From contig DAOSYA010000060.1 in NCBI GenBank assembly GCA_035380865.1, forward strand, positions 1 to 16,425: DNA of 16,425 nucleotides, given 5' to 3'. This DNA comes from a bacterium (GTDB lineage Bacteria > UBP15 > UBA6099). The position numbers and the translations under genes were made by a program. Below, piece after piece: positions 8,785 to 16,038 of the stretch (position 1 is its first letter; each line of letters starts with the position of its first letter). The notes under the pieces were generated by a model. It saw only the letters and a program-made list of their open reading frames with translations. It was not told where the DNA came from and ran no database searches.

Positions 8785-9552
8785 TCACTTCCCCGGCAGT
8801 CCGGCGCACGGAGCAAACATCCCCTGCGCCATACCCATGACGAAGGTGTTTCCCGGCACGCTGGAAGCGTCGGATAATGTCTGAAGAATCCTCAGGTTCA
8901 TGAGCTCAGGATTCTTCTCAAGCATCTTCGCGGTATTTGCCAGGTTTCTGAGAGCAGCCGATTCACCGCGCGCTTTCTCGAGGACCGCCTGCCCTTCTTT
9001 CTTTGCCCTGATAACCTCGTTGAAGATTCGCTTCAGGTCCGCGGGAAACATGACATCCTTCACCTCTGTCATCTCCGCCTCAATACCGATAGGAACAAGC
9101 TCTTTTGATACTCTTTCAAAGATGTCCTTCCCGATCTCGTTTCTCTTCTCAAGCAGGTCTTCCACCGTTCGGAGGCCAATCGCAATCCTCAGCGCAATCT
9201 GAACGCTCGTGTATACAAACCCGTTGTAATTCTCAACACTGCGGTCAAGAAGCGCAGCATCGGCAATCCTGTAAGAGATTGTCATGCTCACCTTTATTCC
9301 TACATTGTCTGAAGTAAGCAATTCCTGTCCGGGCACGACCACAATGCTTGTCCTCGTGTCGAACTCCCTGGATGTAAGGACCGTAAACAGACAGATTACT
9401 CTGTGCATACCCGGCTCCAGAAGCCGATAAAATTTTCCATTGCGATACAGAACCACTACATGGTTCTCTCGTACAACAATCTTTCTAACTGCTGCGTAGT
9501 AAAAAATAACTGCCAGTACCGGAATCACTGCCGAATAAATTATGATGCTCAT
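8785..9552 (-). CDS. SPFH / band-7 (stomatin/HflKC-like) membrane protein
   Basis: N-terminal TM segment (IIIYSAVIPVLAVIFYYAAV) followed by an SPFH core (GMHRVICLFTVLTSREFDTR...VGIKVSMTISYRI...) and a coiled C-terminus. AAGGAGG lies 5 nt before ATG 9552. The longer tracker start at 9582 lacks an SD. Confidence 0.85.
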   Translation of the reverse strand: MSIIIYSAVIPVLAVIFYYAAVRKIVVRENHVVVLYRNGKFYRLLEPGMHRVICLFTVLTSREFDTRTSIVVVPGQELLTSDNVGIKVSMTISYRIADAALLDRSVENYNGFVYTSVQIALRIAIGLRTVEDLLEKRNEIGKDIFERVSKELVPIGIEAEMTEVKDVMFPADLKRIFNEVIRAKKEGQAVLEKARGESAALRNLANTAKMLEKNPELMNLRILQTLSDASSVPGNTFVMGMAQGMFAPCAGLPGK

Positions 9553-9793
9553 AACATCCTCCTTATCATATCCTGGTATCATGCCCCGTGGCGTTCGGGA
9601 ATCCCGGCGGGGGCATTTGCCCGCATGGCCGGAATTCCGTCACACCAGGACAGTAGATACTACCTGCCCCCGGGGTACTACAGTCAGGGATTTGAACCCT
9701 TTTGGCATTGAGCCGTAACCATTTGGAAGCCAATGCGTGGAATCGCAGATGAATATTTCAACTGTGACCACTGGCGATTTCCCTTCTTTAGAA

Positions 9794-10702
9794 TCAGTCA
9801 AGGAAGACCACGTTCTTTCTTGCAGGTGATTTGTCTTCCGTATTCATGAACACCCGGTGCCAGTCTTTAAGCACGATCGTTCTGTGATCCTTATGTCTCA
9901 CTTTTCCCCTCGCATAAACTTCGGGGTTCCTCTTCATGACGGTCCAGTTCCAATTCCTGACTTCTTCTTTCATGTTGTCGGGAACCTGCTTGAACAACTC
10001 GTTTCTCTCTTCTTCGGTTATCCCTCCGGGAACTGATCCGCATACATAGACCGTCTCTCCGCCAATTCTGAACAATTCCTCAACGATATGGGGCTTGCTT
10101 CCGGTTCCTCTCGAAATAGGCTCGTTTCTCAATATGGTCCTGCTGTCAACCTGTATGTCGCCGGCAGGCACAAAGAACCATTCTCCCTGTCTGACAAACC
10201 CCTTATTCCGCCTCTTATTCCTGTTTTTCCTCCTGACCCGGTTCTGCTTCTGCGCCGTCTTAACTAAGTCCGGCTTCAGAGCTTCAATAGCGCCAGACAC
10301 ACTTGACGCGGGCTTATCGCTGTCAGGAATTGCGGCAACGTACCACTGCCGTTCGTCATGCCCGCACAAAAACCTGAGATTTGTTAAGTCGGATTTGACA
10401 AATAACAACAGGTGCCTGTTCCGGGGAACACAATCCATGACCCGAACATCAACAGCATCACCCGCTTCTATAAGAAAGATTTCTCCCTTCCTATCTTTTG
10501 CCACATCAATTCTTATGTTCGGCGTATCTGATTCTTCGGGCGGCTCATCGTTTATAACTGCCTTGCCGTTTTCAAATGTGACGAACGGCCCCCATAAATC
10601 CCACCTGCTTGATCTGGCCTCATTTCTATTGTCAGCCATCTTTTCAATCCTGACCCTTGCACCGATCTTTTCGAACTTGTCTTTTATCAATCTTGTGTTC
10701 AT
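9794..10702 (-). CDS. Hypothetical 302-aa protein with an internal tandem repeat and a highly basic linker
   Basis: Long ORF, the first gene divergent from rtcR. Two copies of the motif GE(I/W)F(L/F)(I/V).AGD..VD (KGEIFLIEAGDAVDVRV and QGEWFFVPAGDIQVDSR) sit about 100 aa apart, separated by KQNRVRRKNRNKRRNK. No known family recognised. Confidence 0.7.
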   Translation of the reverse strand: MNTRLIKDKFEKIGARVRIEKMADNRNEARSSRWDLWGPFVTFENGKAVINDEPPEESDTPNIRIDVAKDRKGEIFLIEAGDAVDVRVMDCVPRNRHLLLFVKSDLTNLRFLCGHDERQWYVAAIPDSDKPASSVSGAIEALKPDLVKTAQKQNRVRRKNRNKRRNKGFVRQGEWFFVPAGDIQVDSRTILRNEPISRGTGSKPHIVEELFRIGGETVYVCGSVPGGITEEERNELFKQVPDNMKEEVRNWNWTVMKRNPEVYARGKVRHKDHRTIVLKDWHRVFMNTEDKSPARKNVVFLD

Positions 10703-10742
10703 CTTTCTGCCCTCTGCTCGATTGAGTTTCGCCTATCAATAA

Positions 10743-10758
10743 TCCAAACTCTTTGCCA
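10743..10758 (-). promoter_or_regulatory. Candidate sigma54 (-24/-12) promoter for the orf302-SPFH-rtcA string
   Basis: The minus strand reads TGGCAAAGAGTTTGGA against the consensus TGGCACG-N4-TTGCW: the -24 GG is intact but the -12 box is TTGG, not TTGC. It sits about 40 nt upstream of ATG 10702 and divergent from the sigma54-type activator rtcR. Weak match. Confidence 0.25.
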
Positions 10759-10843
10759 CGACGACTTATGCCTGGCGTGGACGCTAAAAATGCCTTTGAT
10801 AGAAGGTATAATTAATTTATGGAAACGTACTACGGGCAAAGGG

Positions 10844-10874
10844 TTGACATAGCCGCAGGGGCATGTCTTATAAT
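10844..10874 (+). promoter_or_regulatory. Candidate sigma70 promoter of rtcR (TTGACA - 19 nt - TATAAT)
   Basis: Perfect -35 hexamer at 10844-10849 and perfect -10 at 10869-10874, about 34 nt upstream of ATG 10908. The spacer is 19 nt (18 if TTATAA is used), which is longer than optimal. Confidence 0.45.
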
Positions 10875-10907
10875 ATATTCTATTATTTTAGAATACTGGA
10901 TAGCGCC

Positions 10908-12494
10908 ATGAAGAAAACAGTGGTAATTGGGTTGCTGGGTATCATACTTGATGCCTGCGAGAGGTCGAAGCGGTGGGAAAAGTGGAGACCCACAGTTTCG
11001 ATATGTCAGCATGAAGAATTTCTGATCGACAGGATGGAACTGCTCTGCCAGCCGAAGTTTCACAAGCTGGCAAATGATGTTATCGAAGATATCAGGACTG
11101 TATCACCCGAGACGGAAGTCAACCTTGTGTATACGGACATTGAAGACCCCTGGGATTTCGAAGAGGTCTATGGCACTCTTCATGACTTCGCTCGTAACTA
11201 TGATTTCGATCCGGATAACGAAGAATACCTGGTCCATATTACAACAGGAACACATGTTGCTCAGATCTGCCTGTTCCTTCTTACAGAGTCACATCTTATA
11301 CCCGGCAAGTTGCTGCAGGCGAGCCCACCCAAGAGAAAGTGTACGCCTATGGCGGGCAGTTATACCGTTATTGACCTGGACCTGTCCAGGTACGACAAGC
11401 TCGCTTCAAGGTTCATCAAGGAAAAATCGGACGACATTTCATTCCTCAAATCAGGCATAGATACCAGGAATGCAGACTTCAACTACTTGATAGAGCGGAT
11501 TGAACGGGTAGCGATAAACTCTAAAGCCCCGATATTGCTTATGGGACCCACTGGAGCCGGGAAATCACAGCTTGCCAGAAAGATATACGAACTCAAGAAG
11601 AACAGGCGGCAGTTGAGCGGCTCTTTCGTAGAGGTCAACTGCGCAACCGTTAGAGGAGATGCAGCAATGTCTGCTCTTTTCGGTCATGTCAGAGGTTCTT
11701 TCACAGGAGCCATGAAAGATCGGGCGGGGCTGCTTCGGGCTGCGGATGGGGGACTGCTGTTTCTCGATGAAGCAGGTGAACTTGGAATAGATGAACAAAC
11801 GATGCTGCTCCGTGCCCTGGAAGAGAAAGTCTTTGTCCCGCTCGGAGCCGACAACGAGGTCCGGAGCGATTTCCAGCTTATTTGCGGCACTAACCGCGAC
11901 CTCGCTGAAGAAGTCGCAAACAAGCGTTTCAGGGAAGACCTGCTTGCCAGAATTAATATGTGGACATTCTATATGCCAGGTCTTAAAGACCGCACGGAAG
12001 ACATAGAGCCGAACCTGCAATATGAACTCGACCAGTTCGAACAGCACAATGGTATTCACGTCATGTTTAATAAAGAAGCCCGAGAGCGGTTCATGGCATT
12101 TGCATCTTCTCCGGCTGCAAAGTGGAAGGCGAACTTTAGAGACCTGAACGGAGCCATAGCAAGAATGGCAACTCTGTCAACAGGGGGAAGAATCACCCTT
12201 GATGATGTTGACGAGGAGATAGAAAATCTCATGAGGTCGTGGCGGGAGCCTGCCGCAATAAGTACAACTTCAGAACTTCTCGATAGTATTCTGGGAGATC
12301 GGCTCGAAAAGATAGATCCTTTCGATCAGGCGCAGCTTTCATATGTCGTTCAAGTGTGCAAGGAATCCAGCACCCTGTCCGATGCCGGCAGGAAACTCTA
12401 TTCTATCTCACGCAACCGGAAAAAGAATACCAATGATGCTGATCGGCTCCGCAAGTACCTTGCCCGCTTCGACATAGACTGGAAAGATATTTAG
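10908..12494 (+). CDS. rtcR: RtcR, a sigma54-dependent transcriptional activator with an N-terminal CARF domain
   Basis: MKKTVVIGLLGIILD...RSKRWEKWRPTVSICQ parallels E. coli RtcR (MRKTVAFGFVGTVLD...RWEKWRPTLCLCQ). Also present: Walker A GPTGAGKS, the GAFTGA-like VRGSFTGA, FREDLLARIN, and a C-terminal NDADRLRKYLARF HTH, all collinear with E. coli RtcR. The tracker start at 10863 falls inside the promoter; ATG 10908 matches the homologous N-terminus. Confidence 0.92.
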   Translation: MKKTVVIGLLGIILDACERSKRWEKWRPTVSICQHEEFLIDRMELLCQPKFHKLANDVIEDIRTVSPETEVNLVYTDIEDPWDFEEVYGTLHDFARNYDFDPDNEEYLVHITTGTHVAQICLFLLTESHLIPGKLLQASPPKRKCTPMAGSYTVIDLDLSRYDKLASRFIKEKSDDISFLKSGIDTRNADFNYLIERIERVAINSKAPILLMGPTGAGKSQLARKIYELKKNRRQLSGSFVEVNCATVRGDAAMSALFGHVRGSFTGAMKDRAGLLRAADGGLLFLDEAGELGIDEQTMLLRALEEKVFVPLGADNEVRSDFQLICGTNRDLAEEVANKRFREDLLARINMWTFYMPGLKDRTEDIEPNLQYELDQFEQHNGIHVMFNKEARERFMAFASSPAAKWKANFRDLNGAIARMATLSTGGRITLDDVDEEIENLMRSWREPAAISTTSELLDSILGDRLEKIDPFDQAQLSYVVQVCKESSTLSDAGRKLYSISRNRKKNTNDADRLRKYLARFDIDWKDI

Positions 12495-12495
12495 A

Positions 12496-12521
12496 AAAGC
12501 CGGCTTCCCGTGCCGGCTTTA
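12496..12521. terminator. Bidirectional intrinsic terminator between convergent rtcR and the phosphoesterase gene
   Basis: AAAGCCGGC-ttcccgt-GCCGGCTTT forms a 9-bp GC-rich stem with T-runs on both sides. It begins 2 nt after the rtcR TAG stop. Confidence 0.6.
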
Positions 12522-12641
12522 TTGAGAATCGACGCGGTGTTGCTCCTTTTATATTTTCTCCCTCCACGGTCGTTGCGATAGCAAAGATTGCTTGTATAGA
12601 ATACGCACAGTGGAATTATTAAAGTTTCATAAAAAACACGT

Positions 12642-13664
12642 TTAAAAACTATATGCGACAAAATTTTTGGGAGCCCATTTGCTGCCGTCGGCAAAAACGA
12701 CAGTCGAAACGATGTTTCCCGTCAGTGTGTCAATATCGATAATCGTGGCGCCCTTGCGGCACCGGTCCCCGCCATACCCGCCATACCCGGTAGCACGGAT
12801 ATATTCGAGCCTCACGCCGCGCATATCGCCCCAGTAGTTGGATAAATGGTCGTGCCCGCAGAATGTCGCTTTCACATACCCGCTCTTTGCGAAAACCCTG
12901 AAAGGCGCGGCAGTCCCTTTATCGTAGGAAACGCGCTCGCCCTTTACACCGATTGCCCTGCTGGTGTAAGACAGGTCTTCATACTGCTTGACGGGTATAT
13001 GGAAGAACATGAAAGCCGGCGGGATGCGGGTCGATTCCTCCTGAATCTCCTGCGTCACAAGATTGAACCAGTCCACCTGTTCCTGTGTCATTCCCGCTCG
13101 CGAATCGTTGATCAGAAGAAGATTGACAAGCGTTTCCTCGGACGACGCGCCCTTGATGGCAAGCCTGTAGTTTCCATCTGCGGCATCGCCCCTGTAAAGC
13201 GAATTCTCAGCGGCCCTTATCATCGCATGGCCTTTATTGTAATCATCAAGGCTGTCATGGTTTCCCCATACAAAAGCCCATGGAACGTCAACGCCGCCAA
13301 GCTGCTCACAACTCCATTCGCAGCGTTCGATCCCCTGCCCGTCGGGGTTGTTGTGCCATACATCCCCCGTGGGGATCATCAGGTCGGGCTTGTATTTTCT
13401 CGCAATGCTTTTTATGTCCTGCACTGTTCCGATATCCACGACATGATTCGCGAAAAAATGCAAATCCGTTACAAGCAGAATACGGAATTTCCCATCTGAT
13501 CCGGCACGCAGGCTCAACACCTCGGGCTTAATCCCGGGCGGCGGCGGAGCCATCATGGAAAACGCGTCTTTCCCGATCGCCAGCGACGCGCCTGCCGCCA
13601 GCGCCCCGGCGAGAAATGTTCTCCTGCTGATTTGACCGCGACCGGTGTGTTCATCGTCCCGCAT
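12642..13664 (-). CDS. Tat-exported calcineurin-like metallophosphoesterase
   Basis: Twin-arginine signal (SRRTFLAGALAAGASLA). Phosphoesterase motifs VTDLHF, TGDVWHN, GNHD, FFHIP and CGHDHL. GGGAGGGG lies 6 nt before ATG 13664. The tracker start at 13700 is a TTG. Confidence 0.85.
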   Translation of the reverse strand: MRDDEHTGRGQISRRTFLAGALAAGASLAIGKDAFSMMAPPPPGIKPEVLSLRAGSDGKFRILLVTDLHFFANHVVDIGTVQDIKSIARKYKPDLMIPTGDVWHNNPDGQGIERCEWSCEQLGGVDVPWAFVWGNHDSLDDYNKGHAMIRAAENSLYRGDAADGNYRLAIKGASSEETLVNLLLINDSRAGMTQEQVDWFNLVTQEIQEESTRIPPAFMFFHIPVKQYEDLSYTSRAIGVKGERVSYDKGTAAPFRVFAKSGYVKATFCGHDHLSNYWGDMRGVRLEYIRATGYGGYGGDRCRKGATIIDIDTLTGNIVSTVVFADGSKWAPKNFVAYSF

Positions 13665-13868
13665 CGTATCCCCTCCCGATATCAATCTCTGATTATTCAA
13701 TTTAGCATATTTCGGCGTAACTATACAAACGATCCGTATTCCCGGCAGCGCGAAATTAATGAAAAATAAATACGGAACACAAGAGATATAAGCTACAGAA
13801 TCGGGCGCACGAATACATTTTGCGCAGAGAAGATGCTTTCGTGGAGCTCCGGCAACGGCAACACCGGC

Positions 13869-14108
13869 CTATTCCTCACAAGTCCGGTCCCTCTCTTCGT
13901 TCGCCGGATCATCATCTCTCCCGGCCGAAAAAGATTCGGCAAGAAAAGAATCCATCATGTTGTCGAACGCCTGTCGGACGACCGTAGCAAGGCTCGCAAA
14001 ATCTTCGTCTGTAAGCCACAGCGCGACTCCCCCGATTTTCATGAATATCATTCTGCCACAGGGCGTCCGTTTCACGAATATTGTGTTGTTGTCATTATGC
14101 GCAAGCAT
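13869..14108 (-). CDS. Small hypothetical protein (79 aa, acidic C-terminus)
   Basis: Protein-like composition with hydrophobic cores IFMKIGGVALWL and FASLATVVRQAF. The overlapping + strand ORF is R/P-rich shadow. AAGGA lies about 10 nt upstream of ATG. A strong terminator hairpin sits immediately 5' of it, so how it is expressed is unclear. Confidence 0.35.
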   Translation of the reverse strand: MLAHNDNNTIFVKRTPCGRMIFMKIGGVALWLTDEDFASLATVVRQAFDNMMDSFLAESFSAGRDDDPANEERDRTCEE

Positions 14109-14140
14109 CGATAAACCATCCTTTTGTCGTATTTGAAAAA

Positions 14141-14186
14141 GCAGAGAGAGGAAGCCCGGTGGAGGCTTCCTCTCTCCTTCAATGCC
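14141..14186 (-). terminator. Rho-independent terminator on the minus strand
   Basis: Perfect 13-bp stem GAGAGAGGAAGCC / GGCTTCCTCTCTC (14154-14166 and 14174-14186) with a 7-nt loop. On the minus strand it is followed by GCTTTTTCAAAT. Confidence 0.55.
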
Positions 14187-14764
14187 AAGGAGACATTTAT
14201 GAAAAGGGTTAAAATGGTTCCCTGTATATACATCATTTCAATCCTGCATCCGCCTTTCTTTTATTTCACCCGGAAGGCAAGACCGGCACCTCATCATTAT
14301 CCACGGCTATTTCCATTCCGCCTCGCATCTTCCACCATGTTCCCGGTCTGCATTCCTGAAGCAAGCATTTCCCCGGGGACAATTTTGCCGTCCGTCTTTT
14401 CCTTTCGCGCCATGTTCACGCCTCCGACTGCCGTTATTGCAATCAGCATATTCAAATCCATTGAAAATCGAGCTCTCATTCCGGGCAAATATCTCCTTAA
14501 TGAAATCCGTCGGCACTTTAACCGGTTGGAATCTCCCGGTATATGTGCTAAATAGCAATGCCGGGTGCATGTGCGTTCCGGCACAGCGGAGGGGCCGCCG
14601 AAACCTTGCCATGGGGAGAGCGGCCCTTTCTTACTTAAGCAGACTTTCATTCCTGTTGAAACGCATCAACAGATTTCTATTGATGAGTCCGGTCAAACAT
14701 TAACTTCTTTGCCCTTCCCCGCCGGAATTTTCGTTCCGGCGCCATCCTGAATATCGATTCCGTT

Positions 14765-15604
14765 TCAATCGAGCCTGAAGACTATTGAAACAGATATTTT
14801 CATCAATTCCATGCCGAGTTCCGCCGGTATGGGAGGAAACACGCCGCAATTGCGTATGGTGGTGATCGCGCCGTCATCCAGAACATCGAAATCCGACGAA
14901 TGGGCAACCCTGATATCCGATACCGAGCCGTTCGCGGCTATAGTGAAACTCATCACTGCCGCCCCCTCGAACCCCTCCTCACGCGCCCATGGCGGATAAT
15001 ACTTATTCCGGGCCACTATCGCCGCGACACTTTTCTTGTATCCCAGCATGACCGCGTCGAGATCGATCAAAGAGCAATCCCCGGCACATGCACGCCCGCC
15101 GTCGCATTCTTCGCCCCGCTCGACCACACCGTTCCCGCAGACCGGGATAACCATGCACAGGGAACTGCAGTAACTCCCTCCGTCGCACTCCTCGCCGGGA
15201 TCCTTTATCCCGTTTCCGCAAACAGGCACATACACCGGTTCAGGCTCCGGCGGCGGCACGTATATCTCCTCGTATGCCGGCCCGGTCGGGATATCGATTC
15301 CACCGGCATCCGCAACCTCGGCTTCGATGGGCAACTTCGGCGTCTCAGGTTCGGGCTCCGGCGGGGGTGGCTCAGGCTTTGGCACCGGTTTCGGCGGCAG
15401 TTTCTTCCTGGGCCTGGGCGGGGGTGGCTCAGGCCTGGGTTTCGGCGGTGGCGGCGGCTTCGGTTTCTCGAAAACCAGGCTGACCTTCTTTTCGTCGATC
15501 TGCGATTTATAGCTTGCGGCCATCGTGAACGGCACGGAAGCCAGCAGCAAATGAAACACGATAGATATCACTATCCCGATATTGCTCACGGAAGGACGCT
15601 TCAT
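14765..15604 (-). CDS. tonB: TonB energy transducer with a Pro-rich spacer and two inserted Myxococcus-type cysteine-rich repeats
   Basis: N-terminal TM anchor, then a (KP/EP)n region. Two repeats (CGNGIKDPGEECDGGSYCSSLC and CGNGVVERGEECDGGRACAGDCS) match the CGDGxxxxGEECDDGN 'Myxococcus cysteine-rich repeat' consensus. The C-terminal TonB_C-like domain is YPPWAREEGFEGAAVMSFTIAANGSVSDIRVAHSSDFDVLD. GGAGG lies before ATG 15604, which overlaps the exbD stop as TAATG. Confidence 0.85.
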   Translation of the reverse strand: MKRPSVSNIGIVISIVFHLLLASVPFTMAASYKSQIDEKKVSLVFEKPKPPPPPKPRPEPPPPRPRKKLPPKPVPKPEPPPPEPEPETPKLPIEAEVADAGGIDIPTGPAYEEIYVPPPEPEPVYVPVCGNGIKDPGEECDGGSYCSSLCMVIPVCGNGVVERGEECDGGRACAGDCSLIDLDAVMLGYKKSVAAIVARNKYYPPWAREEGFEGAAVMSFTIAANGSVSDIRVAHSSDFDVLDDGAITTIRNCGVFPPIPAELGMELMKISVSIVFRLD

Positions 15605-16038
15605 TACTCCCCTCCCCCATCCGTGCCCGCGTCAGCGTCCGATTTGAGCTTTGTTGAGATGGTGACACCGGAAGCGTTACATATCTTCGCGTAGTCCATC
15701 ACCGTCACCACCGGCTGGAGAAGCGTCCCCCTGTCCGCCTTGATGATCACGACCTTTCGCTCATTCGCCTCGATCATCCCGCACAGTTCATGCTTTACAC
15801 CGTCCACATCGACCGGTTTCCCGTTCAGAAAATATTTTTCGTCCCTGGTAATCGAGACAATAATATCCATCTTGTCCTGATTGCGGGCGGCCTGCGCCTT
15901 CGGCAAATCTATCTTCATGCCCGGCTGCTTGATGAACTGGCTGGTGAGCAGAAAAAACAGGAGAAGCAGAAACACGATATCGACAAGCGGCGCTATGTCA
16001 AAATGCACATCGACTTTTTTGCGGCCCTCAAACTCCAT
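15604..16038 (-). CDS. exbD: ExbD/TolR biopolymer transport protein
   Basis: N-terminus MEFEGRKKVDVHFDIAPLVDIVFLLLLFFL is a typical ExbD N-terminal TM. GGAGG lies 8 nt before ATG 16038; the longer tracker start at 16053 has no SD. Confidence 0.85.
   Translation of the reverse strand: MEFEGRKKVDVHFDIAPLVDIVFLLLLFFLLTSQFIKQPGMKIDLPKAQAARNQDKMDIIVSITRDEKYFLNGKPVDVDGVKHELCGMIEANERKVVIIKADRGTLLQPVVTVMDYAKICNASGVTISTKLKSDADAGTDGGGE

Noticed and set aside
9687-9699. tRNA-like T-arm motif: GGGATTTGAACCC on the + strand is GGGTTCAAATCCC on the minus strand
   Set aside because: The flanking sequence does not supply a complementary acceptor stem, a D-arm or an anticodon arm, and no CCA-like end is present. 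It is probably a chance or degenerate fragment. It also forms a simple AGGG/CCCT hairpin on the + strand.
14124-14555. 143-aa + strand ORF (along with the 117- and 101-aa minus ORFs) in the region after tonB
   Set aside because: P/F/S-rich, low-complexity translations that start inside the terminator hairpin, with no SD. The region is more likely non-coding and structured.
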